This document shows, in pieces, positions 34,984 to 44,776 of a DNA stretch of 64,000 nt (position 1 is its first letter; each line of letters starts with the position of its first letter). The translations under genes and the position numbers were made by a program. The DNA comes from Saprospiraceae bacterium. Its GTDB lineage: Bacteria > Bacteroidota > Bacteroidia > Chitinophagales > Saprospiraceae. A model generated the notes under the pieces. It did no database searches. It was not told the DNA's origin and worked only from the letters and a program-made list of their open reading frames with translations. The stretch covers positions 4,093 through 68,092 of the forward strand of contig JBMOJB010000003.1 in assembly GCA_049316985.1 (NCBI GenBank). Reading direction: 5' to 3'.

Positions 34984-36968
34984 TGATTACAAAGAAGTCC
35001 ATACAAGAAGTTTTAGATACCGTCCGGATTGAGGATGTGGTTGGTGAATTTGTGGGATTGAAGCGTCGTGGCGTCAATATGATAGGCTTATGCCCTTTTC
35101 ATGGTGAAAAAACTCCATCATTTAATGTAAGTCCAGGCAGAAATATTTTTAAATGTTTCGGCTGTGGCAAAGGCGGCGATTCAATAACTTTTTTGAAAGA
35201 ACATGAGAACATGACTTTTGAAGATTCGATTCGCTGGATTGCCAAGAAGTATAATCTGCAATTGGAGGAAGTAGAATTAAGTGCCGAGGATGTGCAGGAA
35301 AGAATGATTCAAGATAGTTTGTATTTGATTAATGATTTTGCTGTGGGTCATTTTCAGCAGCAAATGTTAGGTACGGATTATGGAAAAAGTATTGCGCTTC
35401 ACTATTGCAAACAGAGGGGATTTTTAGATGAGACCATACAAAAATTTTCATTGGGTTGGGCCGCTGATTCCGGTGATGCCCTGACAAAAGCAGCCGTTGC
35501 GGCAGGTTATAAAGTCGAACTGCTAAAAAAAATAAAATTAACTGCAGATTCAGGACGTGATTTTTTTCGCTCCAGGTTGATGTTTCCCATTCAAAACTTA
35601 ACCGGAAAATTTGTTGGATTTGCGGGTCGAACACTTAGCAATGACAAATCCGTCCCTAAATACGTCAATTCTCCTGAGTCGGAGCTGTACATTAAAAGTA
35701 AAGTTCTTTACGGTGCTTTTCAGGCTAAAAAAGCCATTCAGCATTTCGATGAATGTATTATTGTTGAAGGTTATTCAGATGTGATCTCATTGCATCAGGC
35801 AGGTATTGAAAATGCTGTCGCACCTTGTGGTACAGCTTTGGTTGAAGAGCATGCCAGAATCATTAAGCGATTGACACGAACCGGTAATATAGTTTTTCTA
35901 TTTGATGGCGATGCGGCAGGAATAGCAGCCGCCACCAAAAACCTGAAGAATGTTTTGCCGCAAGATTTAAATGTGAAGGTCGTCATCTTGCCGGATGCTG
36001 AAGATCCGGATTCTTATATTCGAAAGCATGGTGCTGAAGCGCTGCGGACATTTATCGCTGATCGTGCACAGGATTTTATATTTTTCAAGATTGCGCTGCA
36101 GCAAAAAGAGATTGATAAGGATCCTATCTCGAAAGTAAAATTACTGCGCGAATTGATTGAGTTGATTGCATTAATTCCTGATCAAATAAAGCGTTCGGTT
36201 TATATCCGGGAATGTTCCTCTGCGCTTGATGTGAGCGAACAGTCACTAGTTGGCGAACTTAACAAGTTGATTTACCAGGATTTGACTAAAAAAAGGCAAG
36301 CGGCGGAAAAGCAAGGTTCACGTGCAACAGATCCCAACCATGAGGAAGGAAAGCAATTTTATGATGAAGTCGATTATATTTCCAAACCGAAGAAAACCAA
36401 CTCAGAAGCAAATAAAACCTACGGTAATGAACTTCAGGAGAAAGATATTGTCAGAATTTTAATTACTGCCGGAGATAGAATTTACGATACAGGCAATAAT
36501 TTAAGCATTGCTGAATATATTTTGAGTAATATTAGCGACATTATTGATGATTTTGACGATAAAGTATATGAAAGCGTAGCCAGGGAATATCTTGATCGAG
36601 TCAGTAGAGGAGTAGCTACCAATTTTCAGTATTTCATTCAGCATCCAGATGAATACATCCGCAAATTGTCCGTAGATCTTTCCTCGTCACCTGATGCTTA
36701 TAGCCACAATTGGGAGGAACGGCATCATTTGCCGTTGCAGTTTCAGAAGATGCCGGAGGAAAATTTTAATCTCGATACCGAGCAATCGCTAAAAAGGTTT
36801 TTACTGAGAAGAGTAATTCGATTGTGTCATAAAAATCACGAGCTAATAAAACAACACAGCAATGGCGAGAAAATGGACGAATTAATTATTGCGATGAAAG
36901 CGCATCAGAAATTTCTCGATATGCGAAATTCGATTGCAAAAGAGTTGGGAGTTGTAGTTCTGAAGTAA
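34983..36968 (+). CDS. dnaG: DNA primase
   Basis: 661-aa ORF with a TTG start. Zinc ribbon: CPFHGEKTPSFNVSPGRNIFKCFGCGKGGD. TOPRIM: VEGYSDV and LFDGDAAG. Confidence 0.9.
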   Translation: MITKKSIQEVLDTVRIEDVVGEFVGLKRRGVNMIGLCPFHGEKTPSFNVSPGRNIFKCFGCGKGGDSITFLKEHENMTFEDSIRWIAKKYNLQLEEVELSAEDVQERMIQDSLYLINDFAVGHFQQQMLGTDYGKSIALHYCKQRGFLDETIQKFSLGWAADSGDALTKAAVAAGYKVELLKKIKLTADSGRDFFRSRLMFPIQNLTGKFVGFAGRTLSNDKSVPKYVNSPESELYIKSKVLYGAFQAKKAIQHFDECIIVEGYSDVISLHQAGIENAVAPCGTALVEEHARIIKRLTRTGNIVFLFDGDAAGIAAATKNLKNVLPQDLNVKVVILPDAEDPDSYIRKHGAEALRTFIADRAQDFIFFKIALQQKEIDKDPISKVKLLRELIELIALIPDQIKRSVYIRECSSALDVSEQSLVGELNKLIYQDLTKKRQAAEKQGSRATDPNHEEGKQFYDEVDYISKPKKTNSEANKTYGNELQEKDIVRILITAGDRIYDTGNNLSIAEYILSNISDIIDDFDDKVYESVAREYLDRVSRGVATNFQYFIQHPDEYIRKLSVDLSSSPDAYSHNWEERHHLPLQFQKMPEENFNLDTEQSLKRFLLRRVIRLCHKNHELIKQHSNGEKMDELIIAMKAHQKFLDMRNSIAKELGVVVLK

Positions 36969-37004
36969 AAAATCATCATGCCAAATCAATGACATGATGA
37001 TTTT
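36969..37004. terminator. Hairpin terminator between convergent dnaG and porX (may act in both directions)
   Basis: Perfect 12-bp stem aaaatcatcatg / catgatgatttt with a 12-nt loop. An A-run and a T-run flank it symmetrically. Confidence 0.6.
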
Positions 37005-37104
37005 AAGTTATTATCAAAGTTTCAAATCTACTTTCCATGTAGTATATTTTAAGCAAATCCAAAAACATCATCAAATTTTCAAATCTTCAAATCTTCAAAT
37101 TAGC

Positions 37105-38661
37105 TTATCCTTTTTTACTCCTCAATCGAATCACGGGACAAATCATTTCTTCGAGCGAAATGCCTCCATGCTGGAAAGTATTCTTGTAGTAATTATTGAA
37201 ATGATTGTAGTTGTTCGGGTAGAGGAAGAAGGTATCTTCTTTGGCAAAAATAAAAGTCGAGCTGACATTGGGACGAGGCAAACCAACAATAGCGGGGTCG
37301 CGGAATTCTAGAACATCCCTTTTATCATACTGTAGGTTTCTGCCGACTTTGTATCTTAGATTTGAAGTAGTTTCTCTATCACCAATCACTTTTGAAGGCT
37401 GTTTGACCCTGATGGTTCCATGATCGGTCGTGATTATTAATTGTACATCTTTTTCCGCTAGTCGCTGGAGCGCTGCCCAAAGTGGAGAATGCAGAAACCA
37501 TGATCTTGTTAAAGATCGATAGGCGGTTTCATCTCCTGCCAGTTCTTTCAAAACTTCCATTTCAGTACGGGCATGTGACAGCATATCAATGAAGTTGTAC
37601 ACAATCACTGATAAATCATTGTTGAGATAATTCAAAATGTTGTCAACTAAGGGTTTCGACTGATTGATGCTCGTAATTTTGGTATAATCGTGCTTGATTT
37701 CTTTGCGGAAATTTTTCTTGATTTGTTCTGTTAGGAAATCATGTTCATTCATGTTTTTACCGCCCTCTTCATGATCATTCAACCAAAACTGCGGGAATTT
37801 TTTCTCAATTTCAGCCGGTAGCATACCGGCAAAAATTGCATTTCGGCTGTATTGCGTAGCAGTCGGTAAAATGCTGTAAAAATAATCTTCTTCTTCCACG
37901 CGATACAGTTCGGAAATAATGGGTTCAATCACTTTCCATTGATCAAAACGCAAATTGTCAAGTAACAACATAATGGTTGGAACTTCTGCTTTTAATTGTG
38001 GAAATATTTTGTTTTTCATCAAGTTGTGCGACATCGTAATTTGATTGTCTTTAATCCAACCCGCATATCTTTTTGAGACGAATTTAGAGAATTCGCCGTT
38101 CGCTTCACTTTTCTGCATCGACAGGATAACAGACATTTCTGTAGTTTTGGATTCGTCTAGCTTTATTTCCCAACCTATAATTTTTTTGTAAATGTCCGCC
38201 CACTCATCTTCATCCAAACCCATATTCATTTGCATGGATATCTGCCGAAATTCCAAACGGTAATCTGAACTGGCTTTTTCGCGAACCAACCTTTTATTAT
38301 CGATGATTTTTTTTAACGTGAGTAAAATTTGGTTAGGGTTAACCGGTTTGATCAGGTAATCGGCAATTTGTGAGCCAATAGCTTCTTCCATGACATGTTC
38401 GGCTTCATTTTTTGTGATCATTACCACGGGAAGATTGACGTTATTTTCTTTTATTTTGGAAAGGGTTTCAAGACCAGTCATCCCGGGCATGCTTTCATCT
38501 AAGAAAACAACATCGATTTCATTATCATTTTGGATTTCTTCTACCGCATCATATCCATTGCTGACGGTTACGACTTCGTAGCCTTTATTGGTTAAAAAAA
38601 GGATCTGAGGCTTGAGCAAATCGATCTCATCATCAGCCCACAATATTTTAATTTTGTCCAT
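37105..38661 (-). CDS. porX: PorX-type response regulator (receiver + PglZ/alkaline-phosphatase-like domain)
   Basis: 518-aa ORF. CheY-like receiver: KILWADDEIDLL...VVFLDESMPGMTGLE...ITK. The large C-terminal domain carries IDMLSHART and ITTDHGT metal-site-like blocks. This is the PorX architecture known from T9SS regulation. Confidence 0.8.
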   Translation of the reverse strand: MDKIKILWADDEIDLLKPQILFLTNKGYEVVTVSNGYDAVEEIQNDNEIDVVFLDESMPGMTGLETLSKIKENNVNLPVVMITKNEAEHVMEEAIGSQIADYLIKPVNPNQILLTLKKIIDNKRLVREKASSDYRLEFRQISMQMNMGLDEDEWADIYKKIIGWEIKLDESKTTEMSVILSMQKSEANGEFSKFVSKRYAGWIKDNQITMSHNLMKNKIFPQLKAEVPTIMLLLDNLRFDQWKVIEPIISELYRVEEEDYFYSILPTATQYSRNAIFAGMLPAEIEKKFPQFWLNDHEEGGKNMNEHDFLTEQIKKNFRKEIKHDYTKITSINQSKPLVDNILNYLNNDLSVIVYNFIDMLSHARTEMEVLKELAGDETAYRSLTRSWFLHSPLWAALQRLAEKDVQLIITTDHGTIRVKQPSKVIGDRETTSNLRYKVGRNLQYDKRDVLEFRDPAIVGLPRPNVSSTFIFAKEDTFFLYPNNYNHFNNYYKNTFQHGGISLEEMICPVIRLRSKKG

Positions 38662-38733
38662 ACGTATTTTTATTTGGGGATTTCAAAAGTTTTGCCTCTT
38701 TAACGATTGCTTACTCTTTATTATTTTCATTTA

Positions 38734-38768
38734 GAAAAAAAAACCTCGAAGGGATTGCCTTCAAGGTT
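38734..38768 (-). terminator. Intrinsic terminator of gap
   Basis: On the minus strand: aaccttgaagg-caatc-ccttcgaggtt followed by T9. Confidence 0.65.
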
Positions 38769-38844
38769 TAAAACGAGTTCATAAAGTATTGAGTTACAAG
38801 AATTTTTTGGGTAAATATTTTATTTTTGCCTTGGCATCATAATA

Positions 38845-39828
38845 TTATATCAGGATTGCCAAATCTGCTAACCTCGCCGAATATCCAGCTTCATTATCAT
38901 ACCAACCCAAAACTTTAACTGTATTTCCTAAAGTTAAAGTTAGTTTGGAATCAAAAATGCAAGAATGCTGATTTCCAACGATATCAATTGACACTATCGG
39001 GTCAGTTTCATAATACAAAATCCCTTTCAGACTGCCATCTGCTGCAGCTTTGAATGCGGCATTGATTTCGTCAACGGTTGCAGGTTTTTTCAACACAGCC
39101 GTAAAATCAGTAATTGAACCATTAATTATAGGCACCCGAATGGATGAGCCGTTCAATTTGCCTTTGAGTTGTGGCAGTACTAATGCTACTGCTTTCGCGG
39201 CGCCTGTACTGGTTGGAACCATACTATAGGCAGCGGCACGAGCTCTGCGCAAATCCCGATGTGGAGCATCCTGCAAGTTCTGGTCAGCAGTATAAGCATG
39301 AATAGTCTGCATAAATCCCGACTCAATTCCGAATGCTTCATCTAACACCTTAGCCATCGGCGCCAGACAATTGGTGGTACACGATGCATTAGAAAATATA
39401 TGTTTATCAGCGGTAATTTTATCATCATTTACACCAATTACGATTGTTTCCACTTCTCCAGTGGCCGGAGCTGATATTACTACCTTTTTTGCCCCTGATT
39501 TTAAATGCAGCTTGGCATCTTCTGAATCTGTAAAACGACCTGTACAATCAATAACCACATCAATTTCAAGTGATTTCCAAGGAAGAAGCAAAGGAAGTTT
39601 TTCTGCAAATGTCAACACTTTTTTCCCATTAATAATCAGGGCGTGTTCTTCAACTTCAATTGTGCCATCAAATTTGCCGTGGGCTGAATCGTATTTCAAT
39701 AGATGAGCCAGCGTCTTGGTATCAGTCAGATCATTAATTGCAACCACTTCAACATCTTTCATTTTCACGAGATTGCGGAAAGTTAATCTGCCGATTCGTC
39801 CGAAACCATTAATTGCAATTCTTTTCAT
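38845..39828 (-). CDS. gap: Glyceraldehyde-3-phosphate dehydrogenase
   Basis: 327-aa ORF with INGFGRIGR and the active-site block SNASCTTNCLAP. Confidence 0.95.
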   Translation of the reverse strand: MKRIAINGFGRIGRLTFRNLVKMKDVEVVAINDLTDTKTLAHLLKYDSAHGKFDGTIEVEEHALIINGKKVLTFAEKLPLLLPWKSLEIDVVIDCTGRFTDSEDAKLHLKSGAKKVVISAPATGEVETIVIGVNDDKITADKHIFSNASCTTNCLAPMAKVLDEAFGIESGFMQTIHAYTADQNLQDAPHRDLRRARAAAYSMVPTSTGAAKAVALVLPQLKGKLNGSSIRVPIINGSITDFTAVLKKPATVDEINAAFKAAADGSLKGILYYETDPIVSIDIVGNQHSCIFDSKLTLTLGNTVKVLGWYDNEAGYSARLADLAILI

Positions 39829-39909
39829 TTTGGAGGATTGTATGATTTAAATAAATGATTGTCAATTTTTTAAATAGTTATTGTTAAAAATACACTAACT
39901 TTTATTTTG

Positions 39910-39917
39910 CAAATTTA
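39910..39917 (-). promoter_or_regulatory. -7 box TAAATTTG for gap
   Basis: Exact TAnnTTTG on the minus strand, 82 nt upstream of 39828. Confidence 0.4.
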
Positions 39918-39963
39918 CATTTATTATTTTTATAAAAAAATATTTCTTTAAAAATAAGACGAA

Positions 39964-39994
39964 AAAAGCTCCTTTTTGACTAAAAGGAGCTTTT
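39964..39994 (-). terminator. Intrinsic terminator after the DUF1343/NamZ-like gene
   Basis: Stem aaaagctcctttt / aaaaggagctttt with a 5-nt loop, 7 nt after the stop at 40001. Confidence 0.6.
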
Positions 39995-40000
39995 TAAGGA

Positions 40001-41200
40001 CTAGGGGTACAGTAAATACTGAGCCCTTATTTTCTTGTATTTTTCAAGTGGAGGTTCCCAGCTTTTTCTGATTTCGGCTTCTGTTTTTCCCGCAATAATT
40101 GCTTTTCTGAAAGTATCAGTTCCGGCGAGTTTATCAAAAAAATTATTCTTTAAGAAGTAGGTATCGTTTTTATTGATTATTTTGTAAAAATCAAATAGGT
40201 ATTGAAAGTTCAATTGCTTCTGAGCAAACAATGCCTCTGTTGTTTTGTCGGTAAAAGATACACCATAGCAGAGTTTTCCATTTTGAGGTGGGTTGCTAGA
40301 GCCGGCATTGGGCATTGGTTTAAAGTTGTACTCATATTTTCCCTTTAAAGCGGGATGTCCGGCAATTTCAAATGGATTGTTCGTTCCTCTACCCAAACTT
40401 ACGACCGTGCCTTCAAAAAAACAAATGGATGGATAAAGCAGAATGGATCGCATCGTTTTCAAATTAGGAGATGGCGGAATTTGAATTTCATAATAGCTGT
40501 CATGTGTGTAGTTGGCGCAAGGAATAACTTCCAAATCACATTTTAAATTATCGGAAAGCCATTTTTCGCCATTGCTCATCATCGCAAATTCTCCAATTGT
40601 CAATCCATGGACGACCGGGATAGGCGCAATTCCAACGAAGGATTTGAATTCCATGTCGAGAACGGGGCCGTCCACATAATGGCCGTTGGGATTAGGTCTG
40701 TCAAAAACGATTAGTTTTTTATCATTTTCAGCACATGCTTCCATCACATAACTTAAAGTAGAAATGTAAGTATAAAAGCGAACTCCCACATCTTGAATGT
40801 CGAAAAGCAGCACATCAATATCTTTCAAATCAATTGCAGTTGGCTTGTATTTGTTTCCATGCAGCGAAATAATAGGCAATCCTGTTTTTGCATCCTTAGT
40901 ATCATCAATTTTTTCACCAGCTTGGCTATCTCCTCTGAATCCGTGCTCCGGTGAAAAAATTTTAGTTAATTTGATTTGTTTGCTCAGTAAAAAATCCACC
41001 AAATGCGTCTGGTTCACTACTGAAGTTTGATTTACGACTAATCCGACGGATTTTCCTTTTAATTTAGAAAGGTAGAGTTCTGTTCTTTCCGCTCCTGTTT
41101 TTATCCCCTTAGGAGCAGGACTTTCCGTTTTTTTTGCACTTTTGCATTGAATCAATCCAAAGCACAAACAAAAAAACAAAATGTTTTTAAATTGCAACAT
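40001..41200 (-). CDS. DUF1343 family protein (NamZ-like exo-beta-N-acetylmuramidase family)
   Basis: 399-aa ORF with a signal peptide/lipobox (GLIQC). Conserved blocks: LFDIQDVGVRFYTYISTL and FDRPNPNG. Confidence 0.8.
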   Translation of the reverse strand: MLQFKNILFFCLCFGLIQCKSAKKTESPAPKGIKTGAERTELYLSKLKGKSVGLVVNQTSVVNQTHLVDFLLSKQIKLTKIFSPEHGFRGDSQAGEKIDDTKDAKTGLPIISLHGNKYKPTAIDLKDIDVLLFDIQDVGVRFYTYISTLSYVMEACAENDKKLIVFDRPNPNGHYVDGPVLDMEFKSFVGIAPIPVVHGLTIGEFAMMSNGEKWLSDNLKCDLEVIPCANYTHDSYYEIQIPPSPNLKTMRSILLYPSICFFEGTVVSLGRGTNNPFEIAGHPALKGKYEYNFKPMPNAGSSNPPQNGKLCYGVSFTDKTTEALFAQKQLNFQYLFDFYKIINKNDTYFLKNNFFDKLAGTDTFRKAIIAGKTEAEIRKSWEPPLEKYKKIRAQYLLYP

Positions 41201-41400
41201 AATTAAGAATTTTCTTGGTATTTTTGCAGGTTATTTTAAAAATTTGAAAGTTTAATACCATTTTAGATAAACAAATGGTTTTGTCTTTTACTTTTACGGA
41301 ATATCTAATATATTGCAAAATGAAATGTGTTAGCTAGCTAATAACATCTTGTTTGTCGCGATTAATATTAAGCGCAAAATTAACAAAAAACAGGTATCTA

Positions 41401-42789
41401 ATGAAAAAATTTGCAATTATTGATTTGGAGACAACAGGAGGCACCGCGTCCAGGGAACGAATAACAGAAATAGCCATCGCAATTCACAATGGAGTAGAAG
41501 TGCTGGATACTTTTTCTTCCCTTGTTAACCCGGAAAGAAGTATTCCTTACAACATCACGCAAATTACAGGCATAACCGATGCAATGGTGAAAGATGCTCC
41601 TAAATTCTATGAAATCGCTAAGAAAGTAGTTGAAATGACGGAAGATTGCGTTTTTGTTGCACACAATGTCCGTTTTGACTACAGCTTCCTGCAGGAAGAA
41701 TTTAAGCGGCTTGGATTTACTTATAGCCGAAAACAACTTTGTACCGTAAAAATGGCGCGACAATCAATGCCCGGTTTGCGCTCCTATAGCCTTGGGAATC
41801 TGATAACTCATTTAGGAATTAAGGTAGAAAACCGACATAGAGCTTTGGACGATACATTGGCCACAGTCAAATTATTTGAAAAAATCATCGCAATTGAAAA
41901 TGGCACTTCCACAATGGAAGAACGAGTCAATCTGGGAATTAAGGAAGCCAATTTACCTGAAGGGATTAGCATCGCTCGTTTGCATGAGTTGCCGGAATCC
42001 TGCGGGGTTTATTATTTACATGACGCGGCCGGAGATGTTATTTACGTCGGGAAAAGTATCAATATCAGGAAAAGGATTTTTGAGCATTTTGCCGACAAGA
42101 CTGAAAAGGGAAAAAAGATGTACAACGGCGTAGCAGATATTTCATATGAAGTCACAGGAAGTGAATTAATATCACTCTTATTGGAAAATCACGAAATTAA
42201 ACGAATTAAACCAAGGATTAACAAAGCGCAAAAAGCTCGTAATTTCCCCTATGTGATTTACCAATACAAGGACGAATCCGGTTATATAAGCTTTGGAACG
42301 GCAAAGAACACACATCATATCCGCAATAAAATGGCGATTGTTGCCGAATATCAGCAGTTGAATTATGCAAAAGGAGCTTTAAGTTTTATTACCAAAGAAT
42401 TTGAACTTTGTGGCAAACATACCGGTACAGATGCAGGAGAAGGCCCTTGTTTTCCTTATCATCTTTCCCGCTGCAAGGGTGCTTGTGTCAACGAAGAAAG
42501 TTTTGAAATTTATAATATCAGAGCAATGCAAGCGATTGAAAATCTACAGATCATTTTTCACGATAATTTTATGCTGATTGACCAGGGAAAGAGCGCTGAA
42601 GAAAAAGCCGTCATTCACGTCGAAGATAATCAATTCGTAGGTTTCGGATATTTTAGTGCGGAGGAGACAATCAACGACCCTCAAATCATGAAAGGATTTG
42701 TGAAAAAATTTCCACAATACCCTGAAACACTAAGAATAATTCGGATGTTTCTGGACGAAAAAAAAGGATTAAAAAAGATAGTTTTGTAA
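41401..42789 (+). CDS. DnaQ-like 3'-5' exonuclease fused to a GIY-YIG nuclease domain
   Basis: Exo motifs: IIDLETTG, VAHNVRFDYSFL, HRALDD. They are followed by a GIY-YIG-like block, CGVYYLHDAAGDVIYVGKSINIRKRIFEH. I chose the ATG at 41401 rather than the TTG at 41353 used in the track. Confidence 0.8.
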   Translation: MKKFAIIDLETTGGTASRERITEIAIAIHNGVEVLDTFSSLVNPERSIPYNITQITGITDAMVKDAPKFYEIAKKVVEMTEDCVFVAHNVRFDYSFLQEEFKRLGFTYSRKQLCTVKMARQSMPGLRSYSLGNLITHLGIKVENRHRALDDTLATVKLFEKIIAIENGTSTMEERVNLGIKEANLPEGISIARLHELPESCGVYYLHDAAGDVIYVGKSINIRKRIFEHFADKTEKGKKMYNGVADISYEVTGSELISLLLENHEIKRIKPRINKAQKARNFPYVIYQYKDESGYISFGTAKNTHHIRNKMAIVAEYQQLNYAKGALSFITKEFELCGKHTGTDAGEGPCFPYHLSRCKGACVNEESFEIYNIRAMQAIENLQIIFHDNFMLIDQGKSAEEKAVIHVEDNQFVGFGYFSAEETINDPQIMKGFVKKFPQYPETLRIIRMFLDEKKGLKKIVL

Positions 42790-42797
42790 ATCTTTAG

Positions 42798-43130
42798 TTA
42801 TGGTTTCCTCACGAATTTGAACTTGCTGATCTTGCCAAAATCATCTTCAGGAATCAGCACTGTGGCATCCAGACAACTGCTGCAAGTGCAAGCAGCGCAA
42901 ACGACCGTTTTGGCACAAAGTGAGTCCAGTTTGATATTTAAATCAATTACTTCAATATCTTTCTTTTCTAAAAACTGTCGGAGAGCTCCTTCTTTATCGC
43001 CTTTAAAGTAGAGATCATTTTGCCATGGATCTGAACATTGTGTCATGGTATACGTGACCCAAATGTTGTTCTGATCTTTTTTGCAAGCGAAAGTAATCGA
43101 TGCCAATAAACATAAAATTAGGTATTTCAT
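42798..43130 (-). CDS. Small cysteine-rich lipoprotein, unknown function
   Basis: 110-aa ORF with a lipobox (ASITFAC). There are eight Cys residues in all (seven in the mature chain), including the CAACTCSSC cluster. Confidence 0.55.
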   Translation of the reverse strand: MKYLILCLLASITFACKKDQNNIWVTYTMTQCSDPWQNDLYFKGDKEGALRQFLEKKDIEVIDLNIKLDSLCAKTVVCAACTCSSCLDATVLIPEDDFGKISKFKFVRKP

Positions 43131-43227
43131 TTTTTCTTTTTTTAATCAAGACGAATAAATGATTGAATTGGTTGGTGGGAAGTCTCAATTTTTTGTAGTT
43201 TGACTTTTGAAAAATGTAAATCTTGAT

Positions 43228-43235
43228 TAGATTTG
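43228..43235 (+). promoter_or_regulatory. -7 box TAGATTTG for the GH3-like operon
   Basis: Exact TAnnTTTG 12 nt before ATG 43247. It lies inside the longer track ORF, which supports the 43247 start. Confidence 0.45.
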
Positions 43236-43246
43236 CAAATCATATT

Positions 43247-44776
43247 ATGAGAAAGATTGTTAATGCGATTATCAAGAGCTACTTAAAGTACCATTATAAA
43301 CGTGTAGAGCGAATAATGGAACATCCACATGAAGCCCAATCGGAGTGGCTTTCTCATATGATAACGACCAATCGCTTTATCCAGTTCGGCAAAGAACACG
43401 GTTTCAAAAGCATTAGAAAATATGTTGATTTTGCCGCGCAGATTCCAGTCAGAGATTATGAAGGACACAAGCCTTACATTGAAAGAATGATGCTTGGCGA
43501 AAAAGACATCCTCTGGAATGGACAAATAAAGTGGTATGCAAAATCTTCAGGTACAACAAGTGATAAGAGTAAGTTCATTCCGATTTCATCTCAAAATTTA
43601 AAAAAGGGTCATATTCGCAGCTCATGGGACTCTATGAGTATTTTTTATCACCATAATCCCAATTCTCAAGCATTTAGTGAGCGAACAATCTTAATGGGAG
43701 GTAGTCTGCAAAAATACGATCTGTATCCGCAAAGTATCATAGGTGATGTGTCGGCCATTATGATGCAACACATTCCGATGGTAGGTCGTCCGTTCGTAGC
43801 ACCTGATATGGGAATCGCAATGCTCCCTAATTTTGAAGCAAAACTGGAGAAAATGGCAGAATTGCTGCCAAGGGAAAATCTAGTCTTACTGGGTGGAGTA
43901 CCTACATGGACGGTTGTTTTGATTCGCAAAATTCTTGAACAAACCGGAAAGAGTAATTTATTGGAGATCTGGCCCAATCTGGAAGGTTATCTGCATGGAG
44001 GTGTAAGTTTTGAGCCATACAGAGAACAATTTCGGCAGTTTATCCCTTCCGACAAGTTTATTTATCAGGAAATATACAACGCTTCTGAAGGTTTCTTTGC
44101 TGTGCAAAATGATTATTCTACAAAAGATATGCTACTCTTATTAGACAATGGCATATTTTACGAGTTTCTGCCTATGGCAGAATGGGACACAGAGTTTCCC
44201 ACTGCAATACCATTGGAAGATGTAAAAATTGGCGAACATTATGCGATTGTGATCACTACTAACGGAGGCTTGTGGCGTTATTTGATTGGTGATACCATAG
44301 TTTTTACTTCTACAAATCCATATAAAATCCAGATTAGTGGTAGAACCAAACAGTACATTAATGTGTTTGGAGAAGAGGTTATGATTGCAAATACGGATAA
44401 GGCGGTATCATTGACCTGCCTGCAGCTGAATGCCCGAGTCGAAGAATACAGTCTGGCACCTGTTTTTTTGCAAGGCAATTCAAAAGGAGGGCATGAATGG
44501 GTGATTGAATTTGAGAAGCCGCCCAATAACGGAAAACTGTTTGCTGCGCTACTTGATGATAATCTAAGAAAAATAAATTCAGATTATGATGCCAAAAGGT
44601 TTAATGATTTGGCAATGTTACCGCTGGTGCTGCACGAAGTTCCTAAAGGTACTTTTTACAGCTGGCTCAAATCCAAAAACAGATTAGGTGGACAATATAA
44701 AGTTCCGAGGTTGTCTAACAATCGTACTTACCTGGAAGAAATTTTACAGATCGCCAACTTCCCAAACTTAAGATAA
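43247..44776 (+). CDS. GH3-family (acyl-acid amido synthetase-like) adenylate-forming enzyme
   Basis: About 509 aa from ATG 43247. The P-loop-like block YAKSSGTTSDKSKFIP and the overall length match bacterial proteins annotated as 'GH3 auxin-responsive promoter family'. Confidence 0.8.
   Translation: MRKIVNAIIKSYLKYHYKRVERIMEHPHEAQSEWLSHMITTNRFIQFGKEHGFKSIRKYVDFAAQIPVRDYEGHKPYIERMMLGEKDILWNGQIKWYAKSSGTTSDKSKFIPISSQNLKKGHIRSSWDSMSIFYHHNPNSQAFSERTILMGGSLQKYDLYPQSIIGDVSAIMMQHIPMVGRPFVAPDMGIAMLPNFEAKLEKMAELLPRENLVLLGGVPTWTVVLIRKILEQTGKSNLLEIWPNLEGYLHGGVSFEPYREQFRQFIPSDKFIYQEIYNASEGFFAVQNDYSTKDMLLLLDNGIFYEFLPMAEWDTEFPTAIPLEDVKIGEHYAIVITTNGGLWRYLIGDTIVFTSTNPYKIQISGRTKQYINVFGEEVMIANTDKAVSLTCLQLNARVEEYSLAPVFLQGNSKGGHEWVIEFEKPPNNGKLFAALLDDNLRKINSDYDAKRFNDLAMLPLVLHEVPKGTFYSWLKSKNRLGGQYKVPRLSNNRTYLEEILQIANFPNLR

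Noticed and set aside
36994-37311. 105-aa plus-strand ORF spanning the dnaG-porX spacer
   Set aside because: It starts inside the terminator hairpin, crosses the 8-bp repeats, and then runs antisense into porX.
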